From an uncultured Klebsiella sp. (GTDB taxonomy: Bacteria > Verrucomicrobiota > Verrucomicrobiia > Limisphaerales > SXTU01): 64,000 nucleotides of DNA. A program made the position numbers and the translations under genes. The stretch is from assembly GCA_964591495.1 (NCBI GenBank), contig CAZQEW010000001.1, positions 5,503-69,502 of the forward strand. Reading direction: 5' to 3'. Positions 18,322 through 25,923 of this stretch are shown piece by piece (within the stretch, counting starts at the first letter, position 1; every line of letters starts with the position of its first letter). The notes below the pieces were generated by a model. The model saw nothing but the letters and a program-made list of their open reading frames with translations, made no database searches and was not told where the DNA came from.

Positions 18322-19053
18322 ATGGAAACTCGCCCACATCTGCTCGGAGTGGTGGCCGGCTTGGCCTTGGCCGCCGGTCTGGTCTTTGCCTCGCTCGTGG
18401 TGGCGCGCACCTGGCAGCGCATCGCCGAGTCGCAGGCGATCTCCGTCACCGGTTCAGCCCGGCGGCTCGTGAAGTCGGACCTGATCGTATGGACCGGAAG
18501 TTTTTCCACCGAAGCCAAAACATTGCTGGCTGCCCAGCAAGCGCTCAAGGCCGACCTGGTCAAGGTCGAGGCCTTCCTGAAAATGCAGGCGGTGACGAAC
18601 TATCAGGTTGGCCCGATTGGAATTCAGGAACTGCGCCAGCGCGTGAACAGCGACGAAGGCGTGCGGATCGTTGGCTACAATCTAAGCCAGAACGTGACGG
18701 TGACCTCGCCCGAAGTGGAGCGCATCGCCGCGCTGGACCAGCAGACCGCGAAGCTGGTCGAACAAGGCGTGCAGTTCACCACCAGCGCCCCGCGTTACAT
18801 CTACACCAAGGCGGGCGAGGCAAAGATCGAAATGCTCGCTGAGGCCACCAAGGACGCGCGGGCCCGGGCGGAGCAGATTGCCTCTCAAGGCGGGCGCACG
18901 GTGAAGGAACTCCGGGCGGCAAGGATGGGAGTCTTCCAGATTACGCCTCTTTACTCGACCCGCGGACATTCCAGCTGGGAGGGGGAGAACGACATGAGTT
19001 CCTTGGACAAGAGCATCATGGCGGTGGTGAACGCGACTTTCTCGATGAACTGA
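18322..19053 (+). CDS. SIMPL-domain (DUF541) membrane-anchored protein
   Basis: ORF 18322..19053. An N-terminal TM (LLGVVAGLALAAGLVFASLVV) is followed by ISVTGSARRLVKSDLIVWTGSFSTEAKTLLAAQQALKADLVKVEAFLK...AKIEMLAEATKDARARAEQIA, the pattern of SIMPL/BP26-like proteins. Confidence 0.72.
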   Translation: METRPHLLGVVAGLALAAGLVFASLVVARTWQRIAESQAISVTGSARRLVKSDLIVWTGSFSTEAKTLLAAQQALKADLVKVEAFLKMQAVTNYQVGPIGIQELRQRVNSDEGVRIVGYNLSQNVTVTSPEVERIAALDQQTAKLVEQGVQFTTSAPRYIYTKAGEAKIEMLAEATKDARARAEQIASQGGRTVKELRAARMGVFQITPLYSTRGHSSWEGENDMSSLDKSIMAVVNATFSMN

Positions 19054-19065
19054 AGCCACAACACC

Positions 19066-19302
19066 ATGAGCACCACCGGCACCCCCCAGCAGTCAGCCCG
19101 TCCGCTCCGCAACGTGGATCTTTGCCGTCAGGTCAGCGCGCTGCGCGCGGAGCCGCCCGTTGCTCCTCCCCCCGTTTTCCCCGATGCCGACCCGGGGCCA
19201 GCCGCGCTGAGCGCCAACGCCGCTCTGCGACAGCTGTTTCGCCGCCCGGTGACGGTGCCTTGGCTGGCCGGTTCCGGGGCTTATCGCTCGCTTGCCGAAT
19301 AA
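19066..19302 (+). CDS. Hypothetical small protein (78 aa) overlapping the murF start
   Basis: ORF 19066..19302. Its TAA (19300..19302) shares a nucleotide with the murF ATG (19302..19304), forming TAATG. GC3 is about 74% by my count, versus about 63% for the alternative extended murF frame over the same DNA. I recognised no family. Confidence 0.4.
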   Translation: MSTTGTPQQSARPLRNVDLCRQVSALRAEPPVAPPPVFPDADPGPAALSANAALRQLFRRPVTVPWLAGSGAYRSLAE

Positions 19303-20765
19303 TGGACCCACGCACGCTCAAGTTTGTTGCCGAGGCCACGGCCGGAGAAATCCTCCGTGGCAGTGCGGACCTGCCGCTGCGGCGCGTGTGCACGGATTCG
19401 CGGCAGGCGCAGCCGGGTGACTTGTTCATCGCCATCGCCGGCGAGAAGTTTGATGGGCACGCATTCATCACCGAGGTCGCGGCGAAGGGCGTTGCGGCCG
19501 TCGTGGTCGAGCGCGCTCGTGCGGGCGAATTCCGGTTGCCGCCCATTGCCAACGACACTACGGACGGTGGCGGGAAGCCACCAGCACTGGTCGTCGTCGC
19601 CAACACTCGCGTGGCTTACGCCCAGCTCGCCGCGCGCTACCGGCAGGATTTCGACATGCCGGTCATCGCCGTTGGCGGGTCGAATGGCAAGACGACCACG
19701 AAGGAACTCATAGCGGCCGTGCTCCGCGAACGAGGCCCGGCGCTGTGGAGCGAGGCGAGCTTCAACAATGATATCGGCGTGCCGCACACCCTGCTGCGGT
19801 TGGAGCGACAGCACCGGGGCGCAGTGTTGGAGGTTGGCACGAACCATCCGGGTGAACTCGCGCCCCTCGTGAAGCTCATCCAGCCGCGCTACGGCGTCAT
19901 CACGAGCATCGGCCGGGAGCACCTGGAATTCTTCGGCGATGTGAACGGCGTGGCGCAGGAGGAAGGCTGGCTGGCCGAGCTGTTGCCCGCGGACGGGGTG
20001 CTTTTCGTGAACGGGGACTGCGCCGAGATGGACGCCGTTGCGGCGCGGACGCGGGCGCGGGTGGTGCGCGTCGGGTTTGGGCCGCGCAACGACTGGCGCG
20101 CGGCCGAAGTCCGGCTCGATGAACGGGGCGTCGCCTTTCAGGTGAGCAGCCCGCACGCGGCCTTTAGCGGCGCGTATCGCATCGGGCTGCTGGGACGGCA
20201 TCAGGTTTTGAATGCACTGCTGGCAGGGGCTGTAGGAGCCGAGGTCGGTCTGAGCAGTGATCAAGTCAGGCGGTCTTTGGCGGGATGCACCCCGCCAAAG
20301 ATGCGCCTGCAACTTTGGGAGGTGAACGGCGTGCGGGTGCTCGACGACGCCTACAATGCGAACGCGGATTCGATGCTTGCGGCTTTGCAGACATTGCACG
20401 ACCTGCCGTGCGCGGGCCGCCGCGTGGCGGTGCTGGGTGACATGGCGGAACTGGGGGGGCACAGTGTCGCAGCCCATGTTGAAGTGGGCCGGCGCACGGC
20501 TGAGTTGGGCGTCAACCGCCTGTTTGCCGTGGGCAAGATGGCCGGACACGTCGCGGGCGCGGCCAGGGCCGCTGGCTTGAGTGCGGTCACGGAAATTCCC
20601 GAGGTGGCCAGCGCGGGGGCAGCCGTTCTCCGCGAGCTGCGGTCGGGGGATCTGGTGCTGTTGAAGGCTTCCCGATCAACCCGGCTGGAACGGGTGGGCG
20701 AGGTCATCCGTGGCGGAATGACAGCCGCTGCCGGGTCGAATCCACCCGGAGCCCAACTCAACTGA
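19302..20765 (+). CDS. murF: UDP-N-acetylmuramoyl-tripeptide--D-alanyl-D-alanine ligase
   Basis: The track ORF 19122..20765 has an implausible Arg-rich extension. ATG at 19302 gives MDPRTLKFVAEATAGEILRG...DSRQAQPGDLFIAIAGEKFDGHAFI and P-loop GGSNGKTTTKE. Confidence 0.92.
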   Translation: MDPRTLKFVAEATAGEILRGSADLPLRRVCTDSRQAQPGDLFIAIAGEKFDGHAFITEVAAKGVAAVVVERARAGEFRLPPIANDTTDGGGKPPALVVVANTRVAYAQLAARYRQDFDMPVIAVGGSNGKTTTKELIAAVLRERGPALWSEASFNNDIGVPHTLLRLERQHRGAVLEVGTNHPGELAPLVKLIQPRYGVITSIGREHLEFFGDVNGVAQEEGWLAELLPADGVLFVNGDCAEMDAVAARTRARVVRVGFGPRNDWRAAEVRLDERGVAFQVSSPHAAFSGAYRIGLLGRHQVLNALLAGAVGAEVGLSSDQVRRSLAGCTPPKMRLQLWEVNGVRVLDDAYNANADSMLAALQTLHDLPCAGRRVAVLGDMAELGGHSVAAHVEVGRRTAELGVNRLFAVGKMAGHVAGAARAAGLSAVTEIPEVASAGAAVLRELRSGDLVLLKASRSTRLERVGEVIRGGMTAAAGSNPPGAQLN

Positions 20766-20770
20766 GGACC

Positions 20771-20932
20771 ATGAGCGTGAAAAACCACCGGGACCAGCAG
20801 CGCGCGGCCAGGAAGCTGGCACGGGAGCTGGCCAACAATGCACGCCGGCCGGGCTTCCTGGTGCGTCTGTGCCACTGGGAGGAACTGTGCTCCCGGCAAG
20901 GTTTCTTAACGCTGCGATACCGGCGCGATTAG
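20771..20932 (+). CDS. Candidate 53-aa basic small ORF filling the murF-mraY gap
   Basis: Found by hand, since it is below the track cutoff: MSVKNHRDQQRAARKLARELANNARRPGFLVRLCHWEELCSRQGFLTLRYRRD. Its ATG lies 5 nt after the murF stop and its TAG lies 3 nt before the mraY ATG. 42 of 53 third positions are G/C. Confidence 0.3.
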   Translation: MSVKNHRDQQRAARKLARELANNARRPGFLVRLCHWEELCSRQGFLTLRYRRD

Positions 20933-20935
20933 CAG

Positions 20936-22090
20936 ATGATCTATTACCTCGCCCAATGGCTGCAGGAGCAGGTGGCAGGCACCGCGTGGGCCGATGCCCT
21001 CTCGGCGCTGCGGGTGTTTCGTTACATCACCGTGCGCAGCGCCGGGGCGGCGATCTCGGCATTGCTATTGAGTCTGTGGCTCGGGCCGCTGGTCATCGCG
21101 TGGTTGAAGGAACTCAAGTTCGGTCAGGAGTATCTGGACAAAGCGCAGGAGGCAGGCACCACCACCAACCAGGTTTTCACCAAGAAGGGCGTGCCCGGCA
21201 TGGGCGGCATCCTCATCGTGCTGGTCGTGGATCTGACCGCGTTGATCTGGGCGCAGTGGAATGAGTTCATCGTTCTGACACTGGTGTCGCTGCTGGTGCT
21301 CGCCGCCCTCGGGTTTTACGACGACTACAAGAAGCTGACCGAGCAGAAGAGCGCGGGTGCCGCGGAAAACGTGAAGCTCATCGTGCAGTTCGGGCTGGCG
21401 GGCTTCATCGCCTGGATGCTTTGGCTGATGCCGGAGACCAGGGCGCTGATCGCTGAAATACAGGTGCCCTTCTTCAAGCACGCGGTGCTGACCGATGCGG
21501 CCTGGATCGGGGCCGCCATCACGGTTTGTGCCATCGTCGGCAGCAGCAATGCGGTGAACATCACCGACGGACTCGACGGATTGGCCATCGGCTGCACGCT
21601 GATCGTGACAACGGTGTTCCTGATCTTCACCTACATCGCTGGCAACGCGATCATTGCCAAGTATCTCTTTGTGCCCCACGTGCCCGGGGCGGGGGAACTC
21701 ACCGTTTTCTGCGCCGCGATGCTGGGGGCAAGTCTGGGATTTCTCTGGTTCAACTGTCATCCGGCGCAGGTTTTCATGGGCGATACCGGTTCGCTTGCGC
21801 TCGGTGGCGTGCTCGGGATCATGGCGGTGCTGATCCACCAGCCGTTTGTGCTGGTGATTGCGGGCGGGGTCTTTGTGGCGGAGATCGGCTCGGTGATGAT
21901 TCAGCGTGGCTGGTTCAAATACACGCGGCGGCTCTACGGCAAGGGCAACGAGCGGCGCGTATTCCTGATGGCGCCTGTGCATCATCATTTTCAGAAGCTC
22001 GGCTGGTATGAATCCCAGGTTGTCACGCGCTTTTACATCCTATGCATCGTCTGCGCGGTGCTTGCGCTGGCGACGCTCAAGTTGCGTTAA
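20936..22090 (+). CDS. mraY: Phospho-N-acetylmuramoyl-pentapeptide-transferase
   Basis: ORF 20936..22090. It is polytopic, with NAVNITDGLDGLA, GDTGSLALGG and APVHHHF motifs. Confidence 0.95.
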   Translation: MIYYLAQWLQEQVAGTAWADALSALRVFRYITVRSAGAAISALLLSLWLGPLVIAWLKELKFGQEYLDKAQEAGTTTNQVFTKKGVPGMGGILIVLVVDLTALIWAQWNEFIVLTLVSLLVLAALGFYDDYKKLTEQKSAGAAENVKLIVQFGLAGFIAWMLWLMPETRALIAEIQVPFFKHAVLTDAAWIGAAITVCAIVGSSNAVNITDGLDGLAIGCTLIVTTVFLIFTYIAGNAIIAKYLFVPHVPGAGELTVFCAAMLGASLGFLWFNCHPAQVFMGDTGSLALGGVLGIMAVLIHQPFVLVIAGGVFVAEIGSVMIQRGWFKYTRRLYGKGNERRVFLMAPVHHHFQKLGWYESQVVTRFYILCIVCAVLALATLKLR

Positions 22091-23527
22091 ATGTTCAGGC
22101 TTCAAGACAAAGCAGTGTTGGTGATCGGCCTCGGCCTCAGCGGCGCGGCGGCGGCCCGACTGCTGGTTTCGCGCGGGGCGCACGTCACGGCGATGGACAA
22201 CTCCGACACGCCCGCACTGCGACGCGAGGCGGAGGAGTTGCGCGGCCTTGGCGTGCGGGTGGAGTTGGACCTGCGTCTCCCGCCGGCCGGGCCTTTTGAC
22301 CTCGCGGTGGTCAGCCCGGGCGTGCCGCTGCATTCATCGCTCGTCAAGGACCTGCGCCAGCGTGAGGTTCCCGTCATCGGGGAGTTGGAACTCGGCTGGC
22401 AGCAGGCCGTCTGCCTCAACGTCTCCGTCACCGGCACGAACGGAAAAACCACGACGACCGAGCTCATCGAGCACGTCCTCACGCATTGCCACAAGCGCAC
22501 GCTCGCGGCGGGCAACATCGGCAAGCCGCTGTGCTCCGTTGCCGAAGATTCAAAGCAGCTCGACTACCTCACGCTCGAAGTCAGCTCGTTTCAGCTCGAG
22601 ACGATTCGCTTCTTCCGTCCGGCGGTCGCGGTGTTGCTGAACCTCACGCCCGACCACCTCGACCGGCATCACACCATGGCCGACTACGCGCGGGCCAAGG
22701 CGCGCCTCTTCGAGAACCAGCAACCGTTCGACTGGGCCATCGTGCAGACCGAGGCGCTTGCAATGCTCCGCTCGCTCGGCGTGAAGGTGCCGTCCAAGCT
22801 CATCACCTTCAGCGCACAGAACCGGCGCGCGGACATCCATCTCGACCGCTCGCTCATCATCAGCCGCATGGAAGATTGGGTGGGCCCTCTGATAGACATG
22901 GAGAAGACCCACTTGCGCGGTCCGCACAACGCCGAGAACGTGATGGCCGCGCTTGCCGTCGGGCGTGTATTGCGGCTGCCGTTGGACGAGATGGTCGCGG
23001 CCATAATGAGCTTCAAACCGGGAGCGCACCGTTGTGAACTCATCGCGGAAATCAACGGCATCAAGTTTGTCAACGACTCGAAAGCCACCAACCTGGATGC
23101 CGTGGCCAAGGCACTGCAGACCATTCCGGCCTCGCAACCCGGGGAAACGAACGTCCTGCTCATCGCGGGCGGGCGCGACAAGGGCCTCGACTACCATGAC
23201 CTCGGACCACTGTTGGCGCAGCGCGTCAAGCATGCGATTCTGGTCGGCGAGGCACGGGAAAAACTGCGCGCCGCGTGGAGCCTCTTTACCCCTTGCACGC
23301 TCGCGGATTCATTGTTAGAAGCGGTCAACGAAGCCGTGAAAAATGCGGCCCCCGGGGACGTTGTTTTGCTGTCTCCGGCCTGTTCGAGCTTCGATTTGTT
23401 CCGTGACTATCGCCACCGGGGTGAAGTGTTTCGACAAGCGGTTGAGCAGTTGCAGCGCACAACTAATGGCGGTGTCGCGGATAATGCCCCTATGAGTGGG
23501 GGCGGCTGGGGCAGCCGGCAGCAGTGA
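22091..23527 (+). CDS. murD: UDP-N-acetylmuramoylalanine--D-glutamate ligase
   Basis: ORF 22091..23527 (taaATG junction with mraY). It has an N-terminal Rossmann motif VIGLGLSGAAAA, P-loop VTGTNGKTTTTE, and NDSKATN. It carries a short extra C-terminal tail. Confidence 0.92.
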   Translation: MFRLQDKAVLVIGLGLSGAAAARLLVSRGAHVTAMDNSDTPALRREAEELRGLGVRVELDLRLPPAGPFDLAVVSPGVPLHSSLVKDLRQREVPVIGELELGWQQAVCLNVSVTGTNGKTTTTELIEHVLTHCHKRTLAAGNIGKPLCSVAEDSKQLDYLTLEVSSFQLETIRFFRPAVAVLLNLTPDHLDRHHTMADYARAKARLFENQQPFDWAIVQTEALAMLRSLGVKVPSKLITFSAQNRRADIHLDRSLIISRMEDWVGPLIDMEKTHLRGPHNAENVMAALAVGRVLRLPLDEMVAAIMSFKPGAHRCELIAEINGIKFVNDSKATNLDAVAKALQTIPASQPGETNVLLIAGGRDKGLDYHDLGPLLAQRVKHAILVGEAREKLRAAWSLFTPCTLADSLLEAVNEAVKNAAPGDVVLLSPACSSFDLFRDYRHRGEVFRQAVEQLQRTTNGGVADNAPMSGGGWGSRQQ

Positions 23528-23641
23528 ACAGCGCGACAGCGGATCGAGCGTAAAAAATTTAACGAGACATAAGCAAAAAATTTCGCCGGGGAATGGCCAG
23601 CTCCGGGGATCAGACAACGCAGCCACCAAAGCACACACCAC

Positions 23642-24586
23642 ATGAGCACTCCCAATCCGATTAACCCCCAAGGCTCCCTGCTCGAGCAGAAAGCCAAGCG
23701 GAAGAACAACCTGCCCGTTATCGTCGCCATCTTCCTCGGCATCCACGCCGTGGTCCTCGGCGGCATCCTGATGGCCGGGTGCAAGCCTGAACCCAAAGTT
23801 GAGGCCAAGAAGCCCGCACCGGAACCCGCCCTCCCGCCCATCACCCCTCCGGCTGATCTAGGTTCACCGGTCGCGCCTGTGCCCGGCACTCCGCCTGGCG
23901 GGGTAGCCGCGCCAGGATCCTTGCCGCCCATCGGCAGCTCGCCGGCCGCCGGAATTGCCTCGCCCGCTCCGGGAGCACCAGGGCTGGCCCCGTTGCCCAG
24001 CACGCCGACCCCGCCGCCAGTCGCGCCCATCGTCCCACCGGTCGTTACGCCGCCGCCCGTCGTGCCTGAACCTGCGCCTGCCGCTCCCGCCGTGCCTGCC
24101 GGTGAGGCGAAGGTGCACGTCGTTGCCAAGAACGATTCCTTTTACTCCATGTCCAAAAAATACGGCGTGAGCATGAAGGCCATTGAGGCTGCCAACCCCG
24201 GAGTGGATTCCACCAAGCTGAAGCTCGGCCAGAAGGTGAACATTCCCCCGGCTGCCCCCAAGGCCGCCAAGAGCGGCGGCGCAGCCAGCGGTGCAGCCAC
24301 ACCATCGGATGCCGACGGCGTTTACACCGTTAAGTCAGGGGACGTGCTGGGCAGCATTGCCAAAAAGTTTGGCACTTCAGTCGCGAAGCTTCGCGAGGCG
24401 AACCAGCTCAAGACGGACCAAATCAAAGTGGGTCAGAAGCTCAAGGTGCCGGCCGGTGGCGCGAAGGCGTCCAGTGTGCCGTCGCCCAGCGTGGCTCCCG
24501 CTCCGAAGGCCGATGTCGTTCCGGCCCTGCCGCCGACGCTTCCGCCGCTCGGCGAGCCAGCTCCGGCTCCCGCCCCCAAGCTCTAA
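23642..24586 (+). CDS. Bitopic Pro-rich protein with two C-terminal LysM domains
   Basis: ORF 23642..24586. It has a TM (LPVIVAIFLGIHAVVLGGILMAG), a Pro/Ala-rich linker of about 100 aa, then two LysM repeats (HVVAKNDSFYSMSKKYGVSMKAIEAANPGVDSTKLKLGQKVNIP and YTVKSGDVLGSIAKKFGTSVAKLREANQLKTDQIKVGQKLKVP). Confidence 0.8.
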   Translation: MSTPNPINPQGSLLEQKAKRKNNLPVIVAIFLGIHAVVLGGILMAGCKPEPKVEAKKPAPEPALPPITPPADLGSPVAPVPGTPPGGVAAPGSLPPIGSSPAAGIASPAPGAPGLAPLPSTPTPPPVAPIVPPVVTPPPVVPEPAPAAPAVPAGEAKVHVVAKNDSFYSMSKKYGVSMKAIEAANPGVDSTKLKLGQKVNIPPAAPKAAKSGGAASGAATPSDADGVYTVKSGDVLGSIAKKFGTSVAKLREANQLKTDQIKVGQKLKVPAGGAKASSVPSPSVAPAPKADVVPALPPTLPPLGEPAPAPAPKL

Positions 24587-24789
24587 GCGGGCAAAGCCAC
24601 TTAACCTATCACCCCAATCACCGATGCGCCGGCTGACTGGCGAAGAAGGAAGCAAACTGGGACACTCAGTCTCGGCCAGCTTCGTCGCCTCGGCCGGGCT
24701 CGGTTTAGGTGGGTGTGTAAGCCGCCCTGGTAAACGGTTGGGTGGGTATGGCTGCGCATGCATTCTCGTTTGCTGATTAACTCAAGCCT

Positions 24790-25923
24790 ATGAGCCTTCG
24801 TCGCACCGCCACGCTGTTCGCCTTCTGCGTCGCCGCCCTGCTCGCGCTGGGCTTGGTGATGCTTTACAGCGCGAGCATGACGCAGCAGGGCGAGGCCTAC
24901 CTGATCAAGCAATCCCGTTTCGCTGCGTTGGGTGTGGCGGCCTGCTTCGTGTGCGCCGCGATGGATTACCGTTGGCTGCGGAAGCTCGTCTGGCCCGGCC
25001 TGGTCATTGCCTGCGTGCTGCTGGCCTACGCGATGATCAAGGGCCGGGAAATCAACGGCGCGAAGCGGTGGATTGAGTTCCCCGGCTTCACCTTTCAACC
25101 CTCGGAACTCGCCAAGGTCATCGTCGTGGCAATGCTCGCCCACTACGCCAGCCTTTACCGCGAGCGCATGCAGGAGTTCTGGCGCGGGCTCGTGATTCCG
25201 GGCGCGCTCGCCGGGTGCGCGCTCGTGCTGGTGCTCGCGGGCAAGGATTTCGGCACCACCCTGTTGCTCGGATTGGTCGTGTGGCTTCTGCTGCTGATTG
25301 CTGGCGCACGGCCGATGTATCTCGTCCCGCTGGGCGTCGCGGCCTTCGCCGTGATTTGCGTGCTCATGATGAGCAATGAGAACCGCCGCACCCGAATCGA
25401 CGCCTGGCTGCATCCCGAGAAATATGAGAAGTCCGTCGCCTACCAGCAGTTGCAGGCGAAGTATGCGCTCGGTGCGGGCGGCGTGGCGGGCGTGGGGCTT
25501 GGCGATGGCCGGCAGAAAACGGGCTTCGTGCCCGAACACCACACGGACTTCATCTTCTCGGTCATTGGCGAGGAATTCGGCCTCGCGGCCACGCTCGGTC
25601 TGCTCGCGCTTTACGGCCTGCTCTGCTGGTGCGGCTTCAACATCGCGTGGCGCGCGAGCGACCTGTTCGGCCAGCTCCTCGTCATCGGCATCACCTTCCT
25701 CATCGGCGTGCAGGTTTTCATCAACGTCGGGGTCGTCACCATGGTCCTGCCGAACAAGGGCCTGCCGCTGCCCTTCATCAGCTATGGCGGCTCGAATCTT
25801 GTGGTGCTCCTGGCTTCTGCCGGCCTCGTCCTCTCGGTGGCGCGCCGCGCGCACGACAAACCCATCACGGTCGCCGCTCCGCTCGACGACAACCCCTTCA
25901 CCGCTCTCCCGCGCCCGACCTGA
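24790..25923 (+). CDS. ftsW: SEDS-family peptidoglycan glycosyltransferase FtsW
   Basis: ORF 24790..25923. It is polytopic, with GAKRWI.F.GFTFQPSELAK and TDFIFSVIGEEFG...LPNKGLPLPFISYGGSN (FtsW/RodA signature). Confidence 0.9.
   Translation: MSLRRTATLFAFCVAALLALGLVMLYSASMTQQGEAYLIKQSRFAALGVAACFVCAAMDYRWLRKLVWPGLVIACVLLAYAMIKGREINGAKRWIEFPGFTFQPSELAKVIVVAMLAHYASLYRERMQEFWRGLVIPGALAGCALVLVLAGKDFGTTLLLGLVVWLLLLIAGARPMYLVPLGVAAFAVICVLMMSNENRRTRIDAWLHPEKYEKSVAYQQLQAKYALGAGGVAGVGLGDGRQKTGFVPEHHTDFIFSVIGEEFGLAATLGLLALYGLLCWCGFNIAWRASDLFGQLLVIGITFLIGVQVFINVGVVTMVLPNKGLPLPFISYGGSNLVVLLASAGLVLSVARRAHDKPITVAAPLDDNPFTALPRPT

Noticed and set aside
23800-24110. Repetitive-looking Pro/Ala-coding DNA occurs here in the LysM protein linker, and also in the Sel1 protein at 55330..55860 and the SecG tail at 60330..60540. 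I considered it as possible tandem repeats or a CRISPR-like array.
   Set aside because: It is low-complexity coding sequence (CCG/GCC-rich) within continuous ORFs. There are no regular repeat-spacer units and no cas genes anywhere in the window.
24709-24746. Two extra GTGGG pentamers lie upstream of ftsW and could be a secondary MraZ site.
   Set aside because: There are only two copies, 33 bp apart, in GC-rich DNA where the pentamer is expected about once per 500 nt. This is not distinguishable from chance without comparative or binding data. I mention it only under the internal-gap finding.
25629-25922. Several track ORFs have long N-terminal extensions. Examples are murG from 25629, murF from 19122, ftsA from 29782, bioB from 48595, Gfo/Idh/MocA up to 58470, the methyltransferase up to 36879, and the sulfatase up to 8345.
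   Set aside because: The extensions overlap the preceding gene, translate to Arg/Pro-rich junk, and precede an internal start that reproduces the canonical family N-terminus, signal peptide or start/stop overlap. I trimmed coordinates accordingly.
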